A stretch of DNA of 64,000 nucleotides, taken from Octopus bimaculoides (lineage: Eukaryota). The position numbers were made by a program, and so were the translations under genes. The stretch is taken from positions 132,273,445-132,337,444 of the forward strand of contig NC_068981.1 of assembly GCF_001194135.2 (NCBI RefSeq), given 5' to 3'. The notes below the pieces were generated by a model. The model searched no databases. It was given only the letters and a program-made list of their open reading frames with translations, and was not told the DNA's origin. Shown in pieces: positions 39,501 through 52,540 of this stretch. Each line of letters opens with the position of its first letter. Position 1 is the stretch's first letter.

Positions 39501-42500
39501 GTCTTCTTCAGCAAGTACCTTTACAGTCTTTACATTAGGGAACATGTTTCAAACCATAAATTTTATGATATATATATACAGTGTAGACACACTAATCAAA
39601 TCCTTCAATCAAGCAGCTATCTTCTGCCATAAATCTGCTGGATCAGTCTCAACAAGGAATATCCTTCTCCAATGGCAGGAACAACACTTCTAACAATTTC
39701 ATTACCTCACACAGTCCTACTCTGCTCTAACTTTATTCACCTCAACTCTCATATTCACAACTTCACTCTAATCTTCATTCTTGCACTGTCATGAAGCCAC
39801 TCAGTCATTCAAAGCTCTGATGAAATTCTTTATGCTATCTGGTTTCATGTTTTTATTTTTTGTTGATTAAATCCTAATGAAGTTGTTCTTATTCTTTCAT
39901 ACAGTTAGGTATCAATAAAATAAGGTAATATACTGAGCTCAAATAGAATCTGTGCAATTAGATATGCATACTCCCTCTCTCTTAATACCTTTGTTTCAGA
40001 AACTCACATTTGTTTAGTTTGTAGTGGCGTGAAATTATAGCCGCCATTGAGGAAGTACTATTCTGCGCATGCACAGGGGACTTCACCACTGGAAGCCCCT
40101 CGAGTGCACATGCATAGTAAAACTGGTTCTTAAAGAGTGAGTTTCACTTGTTAGGCAGTTGAGCTCAGACCTTCTACGTGACAACTCCTCGCTCCTCAAC
40201 GAATTACCACTTCACCTCGATGCCTTCGATGGTGATAGCTACTTGTTTCTCTGGCAGGCATCAAGGAAGCCCTTAACCTTCCATTACCAAACTACAATCT
40301 AATCAGCGGCTGCTAAGCTGAATGACAGGAATTGTGAAACCAAGCATCATCATAAATAAAACCTTTTTAGTATATTGTTAATTGTTCTATTGTCTCTTCA
40401 TATATAATTATGTTGAAAGGTGATAGAGAGACTAAAGTCTCTATGACGACTATCAAACTTTTACAAGTTTATGTTTTTAACGTCTGATTTCACTGTATTC
40501 AAATTTTTACTTACCTTTTCATATCCACTTTTAGGATTGATAAAACAAGTAATAGTTTTAATTTCTGGCCACTTAGATTATTTCTTCCTTACAAAATTTA
40601 CTCTAATCTCAAATAAAAGTAAGTAATTCTTTATCATATATATTTTTATTGTAATTTTCATGCAATAATACAATCATATGTTTCTCTGTTTCCCTACTTT
40701 ATAGACAGCTATTCATAAATTTTTGGATATCCGTCACAGTCTTGAAACAGTTTCACACAGTTTAATTAATGGTATAAGTAAAACCAAGCTGGCAGCTCTC
40801 CAGGTAAAATTTTTGTCACAAATTTATAATTTTTATTTTAAACTCTTTTGATATCACACCATCTGAGATCACTCACTCTATGACACCAGCTATTGTTTAA
40901 AGTGATCTAAATTTAAAATAATAATGATATCATTGTGTATAGAGCTCAGGTGCACTACACCTCATCAAAAATGCTTGCATAGTACATAGAATTATGTACA
41001 AAAGTCAGGAAAGTGAACAGTGTATGAGTCATGATATACATGTGTTTATGTATATGGAGGTGGGGATATCAGGTATATTGTTGGCGAATTTCAGGAAGCA
41101 TGGAGGTTTTAAAAGATGTAATATCAAAGCAACCTTGTATCAAAATTTCACGTTAATTTATTTTCCAAACACCATCTCCCTTTAGCATTCACAGTACTCT
41201 TGTACTGAGCAGTATTACTAGTTATGAAATCCAGATCTATATATATATATATATATATATATAATGGACTCTTCTGTTGGAGATGATGTATGAGTGTTCA
41301 GCTTTTGCCAAATGATCTGCACAAATGATTTGTTTATAGTGATCAAATGTTCATGCCATACATTAGCTCACTCTCTCCATCAAAACAATGTTTTCTGAAC
41401 TGGTGCATGGTGTGTCACATGTCACGTGTTGAAGTAATCACAGAGCAATGCGAGATGAGGTTTTTTACTTGAGGAAACAACACACCACTTGGTCTGAGAA
41501 TTCAAATCACGATTGTTAGATCATGAGTGCAACACCCTAAGCTCTAAACCATATATTATATAATGCGTGTATATAAGGCACAACCATGGTTTTTTTTGTT
41601 TGAGGGGTTTGTGGTTTTAGATCCAGTCTCACAAATACTAGGCAAGTGTTTTTCTACTGTAGTCCAGGGCCAACCAAAGCTTTGTGAATGGATTTGTGGA
41701 TTTTGGTGTGTGGAACTAGATTTCTGTTACTTAAGAAATCACTAAAGGTTAGTTGTAGAAAAGGTATCCAGCTGTAAAACGACATATTCATATAATCAAT
41801 AAATAAAAATAAATGCACCCTTTTAAAGCCTAGCCAGGCTCATGGGCCCGGTTTCCCAGTTTCAATGGCGTATGTATTCCCCAGCTGGACAGGATGCCAG
41901 TCCTTCACAGCATTACTCATTTTTGCCAGCTGAGTGGACTGGAGCAACGTGAAATGAAATGTTTTGCTCAAGAACACAACACGTTGCCCATGCCCAGGAA
42001 TCAAAACTACAATCTTACGATCATGATGCTGACGCCCCTAACCACTAAGCCACGCGCCTCCACTATATAATCAATGCTAGCATGGAAAAACAGTCGTAAA
42101 ATTGAGCAGATAATAAAATATTGTGTATGTATGTGCATTTCTGTCTATATCTATGAGTATGAACTTAAATGTCATTGTAAACACTGTGCTATGAAGAAAG
42201 CTTCCTACATATCTTATCACTGTTTGTCTTTGTCACTAACATTATCCTGTTGTATATTATTTATATCAATTTTGATTACTGTAATATATATATTTCATTT
42301 ACAGATCTTTACTATCTGCTTAACTGAAGTGAATGGCCTCAATTGTGTCTTGGATACATTTTCCTACATTTGTTTCAAGTTTGGGGAACCCATGCGCTTT
42401 AAACTACTGATGAACATGTTAAAGAATACAACTTCTCAACAACTTAGCTTCCAGGTGCGTTGCCAAACATATTTCTTCGATTCATTCAAGCATCCATCCA

Positions 42501-45500
42501 TCCATCCATCCATCTTCTCCACCCACTATTCCTAGGATGCTTGTTGGAGTAGAGTCCTCAGACTCCTGCTCCATAGGGTCCTATTGGAAGCAACCATTAT
42601 TACAGTTTCTGGTTGGATTCCCAAGCATGACCAATTGAGACTGACACATAAAAGGCACCCACTACACTCTGTGGAGTGGTTGGCATTAAGAAGTGCATCC
42701 AGCTGAAAAAACCAAGTCAAATCAGAATGGAACCTGGTTTAGCTTTATGGCATGTCAGTCCCAGTTAAACCATCTAACCCATGCCAGCATGGAAAATGGA
42801 CGCTAAATGATGATGATGATATTAATTTTGGTCTACCCCTAAGTCTTCAACCAGTTGACTCAGCTTGAAGAATCCCTCTTGTGACATACTAATTACAATG
42901 TCTGTAGAATGAGAGCACTGATCTCTCAATGCAGAGAAGTAGCAGCTTGACCTGGGGAGACTTTCTAATTTCTGAGCTACACAACCAGTCAAGTAATGTT
43001 ACTTCAAAGATCCTTCAAAGGAACCCCATTTCAGCTGCTTATATTTAAAATTGTGCTCATACAGTCATTACCCTTCAATCATGACCATAGGTGACGATAG
43101 GCACAAAAATTGATTTGAAGATAACATGTTTCTTCCACCAATCTAAACAGCTATGATGTTTTGATTGCTAATTTTATGGAGAAAAAGATGAAGTAGAAAA
43201 AAATTGAAAGAATAAATGTAACTTACATATTTTTAAAAATTATTTCTCTACAAGTTTTTTTTTTCCTTCTAAACAGTATGAGAGAAACATCTCTATTGTC
43301 CCACTGCCTCTGCCACTAAAATTTATTTTCTAAACACTTTGTTTTACAAGCTTTTAGCATTGAAACTATTCATATTCTCCCAAAATATTCTACCTGTTTT
43401 ATGTTTAAATTGGTTAGATCCTACCTTTTGCACCTATCCTACAAAGTCATTCTAAAAATAAACAGTCACATCATTGAAATCTTACTGCTATGAAATAAGT
43501 GATGATTAATTCCAAGCAATGTAAATAAATAAGCAGTACATTTGATAGAATAATCTGAATGCTAAAGGCTTAAAGTTATTTTGAATTAAGATATTTAGAA
43601 ATCATATCTTTGCATATTATTATTTATGATAATTTTGTTTCTTTTTCTCCCTCATAGGTGGCATGTTTGAAATTTGTTAATAGCATGTTAAATGCAACAT
43701 CAACCCTTAATCATCGAGTTTTTCTGCAACATCAGTTGCTGGCAGCTGGCTTAGATATTGATTTCCTAGAAAAGGTATGTAAATTTCATACTAGTATTTA
43801 ATTAAGATCTTGTACAATTTATACTAGATTTTTTTTTTTTACTCAATGTAATTTAGGCCTGTTGTTCCCATCAAATTGTTATACATACATACTTATATAC
43901 ATAGATACATACATATGAACGTGTGTGTGTGTGTATATGCATGTGTGTGTGTGTATGTATGTGTGTGTATGTATATGCATGTGTGTGTATGTATGTATGT
44001 GTGTGTGTGTATATATTGTCCCACCCATGCCAGCATGAAAAGCGGACATTAAATGATGATGATGATGATGATGATAATATATACATATGTTTCATCAGAC
44101 TTTCCTCAACAATTTTAATATTTGTGTCTAATCTCTATAATGTGCATAATATCAAGTTCTTTATCTTCAGACAGTAAAACAAATTATTCAATTAATTCAG
44201 AATTTTCTATCTTGTTTTTCTGAAAGTTTTTTTTTTTTTTTAGCTTTTAAACTAATCACATCAGGCCAAAAGATTCTACCTGTTTTGAAATCTCAAAGCT
44301 ATGAGATGATACATGATTAATTCAAAGCNNNNNNNNNNGGGGGGGGGAGCATAGAAATTATTACCTGACAAAATTTATATGATGGAGAAGGGTGACTATC
44401 GGTGTTTTCTGCCTACCACTACTATCAATTCTGTCATGGGAAATGAACCTTGAAATAATGTCTGGTTTTTTTTTTGTTTTAATTTTTATATATATATAAT
44501 AGTCCCAGTATTTAAGTGCTTAGGGTATTGAGAAACTGTGGTGCATCCCAGTTACAACTTAATTTTGATTAATAAACAATGCATGCATTCATATATACAT
44601 CTAGACAGCAACATTTAAGGTTTCAGATCTTTTTTTATATTTATTAGAGGCTGTGTTTCAATTGTTGGAAACAACACAACTGTTATACAAAATTAAACTG
44701 CATTGCTTCTAGATTTTTAGTGCTGTGTTTCTCAACCACTTTTAATCTATGGAACCTTTTGATTCCTATTTTACTCTGAAGGACCTTCCTAGCAATTCGG
44801 TGTTTAAAAATATCCTGTTATATTTTTGCAATTAAATACTATTAGGAATTGTATTAAAAAAATTGTTAAAATATTTTGTTAACAAAGTCTTATATGGACT
44901 TCCACAAGGGCCATATGGACCCCAGTTGAAAACCATAATATTATAAGAATTTTGGAATTTCAAGAAAATATGGAATAATTCTATTTTGCAACATTGGAGC
45001 TTGAAGCAGATAAGCTATAAATAATAGCATGTAAATATTGGGTTAAAACCCTTTGAATAGAAAAGTCAAAAGCTGTCCATGGAACACATAGGGCATCTCT
45101 TGACTTATCTCATCCAAAGCATTTTTAACTCTACATTTATACATCATTATTTATCTGCTTCAAGATCCAGTGTTCTAAAAAAACAATATACTGTTAAGTT
45201 TTCAATAGTACATTCATTTAAATTTACTTTCTTTTCCATTTATTAGCAAGAAACTGAGGGAAATGGTTGCGAGTTGGCAGAGCTTCATCATGAAATTACT
45301 AATTGGAAGACCAATTTCATCAATGTTGAAAACATTCAAGAGGAACAAATAATGGCTGAAAGCAGAAATTCAATTCTTCGTCGAGAGGTAAGAAAAATGT
45401 TTATGGTATTACATTTGACCTGTTTTGACTGTCAGACCTATTTTGATTATTATATAAAGCACAAATCAGTTTATCATGTTGGGAATGGTTTAGGGATTCT

Positions 45501-46836
45501 GTTACTACTTCACATATGTTTCAGTTTTCCGTTTTGGCTCTTTCATTGATTAATACCTTCTTATATGAATACAGCTCATAAAGTCACATGGCCTGGTAGT
45601 TAGGATGTTGCACTTGCAATTGGAAGATTGTGGTTTCAATTCGCAGACCAATAGTGTGTTGTGTTCTTGAGTAAAACACTTCATTTCACATTGCTCCTGT
45701 CCACTCAGCTGTAAATAGGTAACCCTGTGGTGGGACTAGCATTTCATCCAGGGGGATGTCGACCTGGTCACCTAACCAGTGGTGTGGCATCATTCAAAGG
45801 ATACAACAATGCAAAGAAGTGCATTGTGACCAGTGGTGTATAACAACATCTGATAGTCTGACGAATGCAGTGATAATAGTACAGCATCTCAGGTGTATCA
45901 AGGAAGAAAAAAGACAATTGATAATGTATTGGAATCAGATAAATTCATTCATTTTCATACCCATTTATTTTAATCCTTTCCATTTGAATTAACATGAAAA
46001 AATACTTTTACTGTAGTGTTGTATGCTGTTTTTTTATATTCTCCTCTACAACTTTTGTTATCACTTTTGAAATTTGAATAAACTTTACTACTTTTCAGGC
46101 ATATAACTATAGAATGCCCAGGAGGAAAAAAAAAATTAATGAATTTATCTGACCGCCCAATCCATGCCTTTCACAAGAACCTTAACATTGTCACTGAAAT
46201 TGCTTCTATTGTTGCAGATGTGGTTTATTAACTGTTTACTACTTCCCCTCTTTATGTGAAGGCTCAGCTCAGTGGTTAGAGTGCCAGGCTTACAATCATG
46301 GCATAGTGAGTTCGATTCCCAGACTGGGCTGTGTTATATTCTTCAGCAAGACACTTTATTCATGTTGCTCCAGTTTGCTCAGCTGTAGGAATGAGTTGTA
46401 ATGTCACTGGTACCAAGCTGTATTGGTCTTTACCTTTCCCATGGATAACATCAGTGGAGTGGGGAGGCTGGTATGCATGGGCGACTGCTAGTCTTGCATA
46501 AACTACCTTGCCCAGACTTGTGCCTCGGTGGGAAACTTGCTAGGCGCAATCCCATGGTCATTACTCTTTACCGTTTACTTCCCCCTCTTCACACATTTTT
46601 TATTGGGCCCTTTAAAGGAACAATAAATGAATGCAGTCATCTTTTATCTTTTACTTGTTTCAGTCATTGGACTGTGACCATGCTGTGGCACCACCTTCAA
46701 GATTTTTGGGGGTTGAACAAATTAACTCCAGTGCTTATATTTTTTACATCTAGTACTTATCCTACTGGTCTCTTTTGCAGAACTATTAATTATGGGGACA
46801 TAAACAAACCAACACCAGTTGAGGGGACAAACAAAG

Positions 46837-46873
<37 letters not shown>

Positions 46874-49615
46874 CACGCACGAACGCACGCACACACACAC
46901 ACATACACAAGCACACATGCATGTCCACAATATATGGTAGAGCTCCATACAGTTTCCTTCTGCCAAATTTATTCATAAGGCATTGGTCAGCCCAGGGCTA
47001 TAATAGAAGATACTTGCCCTAGGTGCTACACAGTGAGACTGAACCTTGAAACTGCATGATTGTAAAACAAGCTTCTTAAGCACACAATCACACCTGTACC
47101 TATGTTAGGGTATCAACATCTATAGTCTAAAGGAAAGATATCTATAGTTGCAACAATCATTGACTAAATTATACTAATATGTTTATGACCAAGCAAATTT
47201 GAGATTTTGAAATAGTTATGAGATTAATTTTTTTTTGAAGTAATATCAGAAAAAAAAAATTAAACAGCTAATTGAATTCGTATATATATCATGTTTCTGT
47301 TTTGATCACTTGTCAATGCACATGGGTAGTTAAGAGGATATACTAAGAGGATATACAGAGAAAAACTATTTATATAAATTGTACTTCATACTTAAGGCTC
47401 TGATGAAGCTATAAGGTGTTACTCAGGCACTCAACTACGAGCCTACTGCATCTTACAGCAGAAACGGCTGTAAGCTAATGAAGTTCATAAGATAATCATT
47501 TATTCCTTTGTCATCTCATTTTCTTATCACTGCTCTGTACTCGTTCTGAAGCATGTGTATATTGAGTTCTACACCAAGTTATTAGCCTTACAATGCCTAA
47601 GTGAAATATCAAAATATCTATTTACTTCTTAATTATATCTTTGTAGAAATTAAAAGCATAAATTTCCTCAATATCTTTATGTGTATTTTATTATTATTTT
47701 TTTTTTCTTACAGGTGGATATTCTTCAAGCAAAAATGAAAGTAAGTACTCAATAATGTTTATTATACTAGCACTGCTTCTATTTCGTATTTGAATTTGTT
47801 TTTACATATGCATTGTTCAGGTATTCTCACACATACTTTGCCCGCTATATTCATATAAATCGTGGACTGGCGAAATGATTCATCTCTGATCCTGTTTGGG
47901 TAAAAGATGTTGATAAGCCACAAAAATGGCAAAACATCAATGTCCATCACTGCTAGATGGGATTAGAGGGGAGTTACCTCGCCTGTCCATTACTTTCAGG
48001 TGTATTAACACCTGGCACTTTGAGAGAGTATTCTCTACCATACTAAATTGCAGCCTACCAGCAAATACACGAGCCATGTATGTTCAGTATATGTGGTTGA
48101 TAATGTTTGTTACATGAGCGCTACTTCTATATCATATTTGAATTTATTCTGAAGTACTTAAAATTTGTTTTTGTATTCGCCTTGCAAGACACTCTAGAAA
48201 AGTTGTAACTGGTAATGCTTTGAAAATCCTTCTAAAAATAATATCCTTTAGTCATTTGATTTTGTATTATACATTCTTTGAGCCATTGCTGCGCATAATG
48301 ACATTTTAATTTATATTTATATCTTGGTACTTTCAGAATATTCAAAATGATTTTGAATCTTCAAAAAGTCATCTTACTGAGGTAAGCATTCATATTTTAT
48401 ATAAAAAAATGTTTTATTCAATAAAGTGTGACTTGCTGCTCAATGATTTCATGTAAAAAGAATTCCAAAAGTGAATACCTGGTGACATTCGGAGAGCTTT
48501 TCCAGTAATACTTTGTTTAAAACATTTATTCTCTGAAGCCTTTTGTGCATACATATATATGAGGGGTTAAAGTATGAGAGAAGGGGCAAGAGCATAGCAG
48601 ATTTCTTGCTGTAGAGAAGCTACATGACTACACACACACACACACACACACACAGATGCATATTCACATGCTCTTTCACTTTCCCTCTGTCTATATATAT
48701 ATGTATATATACATACACTCACTTTATGTGTATTTATAGATCTATCTATCTACCAGTCTATCTGTCTGTCTGTCTCTCTCTCTATGTATGTATATATATA
48801 TATATACACATAATTAAGGGATCAGCAAACATTTGCTTCACCACATACGGAAGTTCAGAAATAGCAGCTAAAAAAGCTGAGACTCCAACAGATAGCATTA
48901 CTTGTAACTCACAAAGGCAAACACCAGAAGAAAAGACAATGAAAACTAACCATTCGAAGTTAATCATAGACGCGTTTCTGGATTATGAGCGATAATACTC
49001 AATTTCCTTCATCGGTATGATATTCCAGTAGTAAATTCAACTATGCTAGCAAACCGTGCATGCATGAACGAGTGAACATTCATGCATCGGCACAACCTGA
49101 AAGCATAACCGAACCNNNNNNNNNNNNNNNNNNNNNNNNNNNNNNNNNNNNNNNNNNNNNNNNNNNNNNNNNNNNNNNNNNNNNNNNNNNNNNNNNNNNN
49201 NNNNNNNNNNNNNNNNNNNNNNNNNNNNNNNNNNNNNNNNNNNNNNNNNNNNNNNNNNNNNNNNNNNNNNNNNNNNNNNNNNNNNNNNNNNNNNNNNNNN
49301 NNNNNNNNNNNNNNNNNNNNNNNNNNNNNNNNNNNNNNNNNNNNNNNNNNNNNNNNNNNNNNNNNNNNNNNNNNNNNNNNNNNNNNNNNNNNNNNNNNNN
49401 NNNNNNNNNNNNNNNNNNNNNNNNNNNNNNNNNNNNNNNNNNNNNNNNNNNNNNNNNNNNNNNNNNNNNNNNNNNNNNNNNNNNNNNNNNNNNNNNNNNN
49501 NNNNNNNNNNNNNNNNNNNNNNNNNNNNNNNNNNNNNNNNNNNNNNNNNNNNNNNNNNNNNNNNNNNNNNNNNNNNNNNNNNNNNNNNNNNNNNNNAAGC
49601 CCGTCGTACATATAT

Positions 49616-49669
<54 letters not shown>

Positions 49670-50401
49670 TTATATAAGGGCATTACTACGCAAGAATGCC
49701 TCATGCTATGAGGGACTACTAAGGTCAAACTACCATAATAAACACATTTTTACCGAAGGCGAGGAAATGCTGTACACTTTGATTAATATGCCCACTCTAC
49801 TGACAAATATGAGTGCATGTTTTCCTGATTTATAGATTCTTTGATAGCTATAAGTGTGGAGGTGTGGATTGGAGTGAAAGCATTTGAAGAGGCCAGGATA
49901 ATGCATGTAAGACACAAAAGCGATCTAAAGAAGAATGTTACAACCGAGAAGGGGAATGACAATGACCTTTTTGTGTGCACAGTCTGTGACAGACCATGCC
50001 TTTCTTTTGCTGGGTTCGAATCTCATCTGCGAACCCATGGAAAACAAACCTCCACCAACTATTTTGCTTATATGTCTGTGCACACCTTTGAATGTAGTGT
50101 ATGCCAGAAGGTTTGCAAATCTAACGGAGGCGTCAAAAGACATTTTAAAATCCTCTAAGATCAGAACTTATCTGCAGCTCTTGGTGGTCCAAATCGGATG
50201 TGCAATCTGTGTGGCTGTCTTTTCAGAACATTGTCTGGTTTAAAAAGCCACATCAGATACCATGGTGGTTCTAAGGTGTAGGTACAGGAGGTGGTCAAAC
50301 AAACTCTGCATAAGGAATAGACAACCACCATATATATGTATATATATATATATCAACCCATGCTAGCATGGAAAGCGGACGTTAAATGATGATGATGATG
50401 A

Positions 50402-50460
<59 letters not shown>

Positions 50461-52494
50461 AATAATAGTGCAAACTCAATGCAAATTTGTAATATTTCAC
50501 AGAGAAAATATTAAATATATAAACAACAATTTTTCACCTATGTTCATGTATATATATATCTATGATGTGTGTATGTATATGTATATATAATTTTTTGACC
50601 CTCTCTCTGCTTTTTTTAGGCCAGTAAAAAATCAAAAGATTATCAAGAAAGAGTCTTTGAATTACAAGAAAAAATGGAAACATTAATGGTGAGCACAAAA
50701 TGTATATTTGGTATATTCAATAACTGCCGTTGTTAGAAAGGAAAGAATTATATCCTTCTTTAAAGAATATATGTTTCAGTACCTTGAAAACTGGAATAAT
50801 CTCTTGTACTCTGCCTTAACATTCCAAAAGTGAATAACTGGTGGGTTATCACTTTTGGGGAGCTTTTCCAGTAATGCTTTGTTTAAAACATTTATTCTCT
50901 GAAGCCTGTTGTGCATACAGATATATGTGCATTCAGATTACTCAGTGAAATGTAATATTTATTGATTCACTTTGTTTTGAATTAATTAAGCATTATCTTC
51001 TAGGTTCAAAATTTCAATAATGTGATTTTGTTTAGTTTTAGAATGACATTGTAAGATAGGTGTGAGTGGCTGGATTTGGTCACTTTGAACATAAAACAGG
51101 TAGATTTTTTGGGACTGATACAGTCAGTTTAAATGTTTAACGGTAAACTCAGATCAATGAAATAAGACTTCTTGTACAAAATGTCATCTCCTGGTGGTTG
51201 AAATAAAAGGAAAATATGCATAGAATTTGTTTCAATAAATATATGCTATCAAATTCATTTTAGATTGATTTAGTAAATATATAAATTAGAGCTTATTTTT
51301 TTGTGATGCCCTAGCATGGAGACAGTCCAATGACTGAAACAAGTAAAAGAAGGAACTTTCAAATTAAAGAATAAAGATATGAACCATTAATTCAAGAAGG
51401 TGTTTTATTGCATTCCAAGTTCCATTAACACAATGCTAAAGAGCAACACAGATTAAGTCTATTTATCTTTCTCTGGTAGTGTAGATTTTAGAAGAGAGAT
51501 CACAGGTGTGAAATACATACTTAGTTCTTTGATATCTGTCTTGTGATAAGTTTTCTTATTTTTTTACCTGTTCTTAATTTATCTTATAAATTTTCATTGA
51601 AATCTTAGCAATTATACGAAGAAAAAACTGGACAACTTGCAGGCAAAAATATAATTGCAGATGTATTGCGTTCTGTGGAATCCCCAGAGTTTACACCAGT
51701 GCGTCGAGATAGCTCTGCTTCAGTTACTTCAGCAGTAACAAATGTTATTCCTGGTAATTATATGTTTTTTTTTCAAATATATGGTTATCAGCTGCTCTCC
51801 TAGGTCTTTTTCTCTCCCACTCTCTCTCTGAGTGGTTGGCGTTAGGAAGGGCATCCAGCTGTAGAAACTCTGCCAAATTAGATTGGAGCCTGGTGTTGCC
51901 ATCCGGTTTCACCAGTCCTCAGTCAAATCGTCCAACCCATGCTAGCATGGAAGGCAGACGTTAAACGATGATGATGATGATGATATATATATATATATAT
52001 ATATATANNNNNNNNNNNNNNNNNNNNNNNNNNNNNNNNNNNNNNNNNNNNNNNNNNNNNNNNNNNNNNNNNNNNNNNNNNNNNNNNNNNNNNNNNNNNN
52101 NNNNNNNNNNNNNNNNNNNNNNNNNNNNNNNNNNNNNNNNNNNNNNNNNNNNNNNNNNNNNNNNNNNNNNNNNNNNNNNNNNNNNNNNNNNNNNNNNNNN
52201 NNNNNNNNNNNNNNNNNNNNNNNNNNNNNNNNNNNNNNNNNNNNNNNNNNNNNNNNNNNNNNNNNNNNNNNNNNNNNNNNNNNNNNNNNNNNNNNNNNNN
52301 NNNNNNNNNNNNNNNNNNNNNNNNNNNNNNNNNNNNNNNNNNNNNNNNNNNNNNNNNNNNNNNNNNNNNNNNNNNNNNNNNNNNNNNNNNNNNNNNNATG
52401 CATGTGTGTATATATAAATATTATTTACAAAATAACAAGATGGAATGAACAGGCTTTGAAATGCATATTATGAGATTATTACCCAGATAATATT

Positions 52495-52540
<46 letters not shown>

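Larger units (their letters stand above)
48462..50927 (+). repeat. About 100-bp direct repeat (48462-48561 / 50821-50927)
   Basis: attccaaaagtgaata…gagcttttccagtaat.ctttgtttaaaacatttattctctgaagcc.tgtgcataca occurs twice. Confidence 0.8.

Noticed and set aside
46255-46330. tRNA-like sequence with A/B boxes (also at SINE heads 7188, 45585 and others)
   Set aside because: These are SINE heads that continue into repeat bodies; I could not build a proper cloverleaf
49841-50158. Standalone C2H2 zinc-finger gene
   Set aside because: Embedded in RTE-like sequence with an in-frame stop and a LINE-type 3' end; no splice signals
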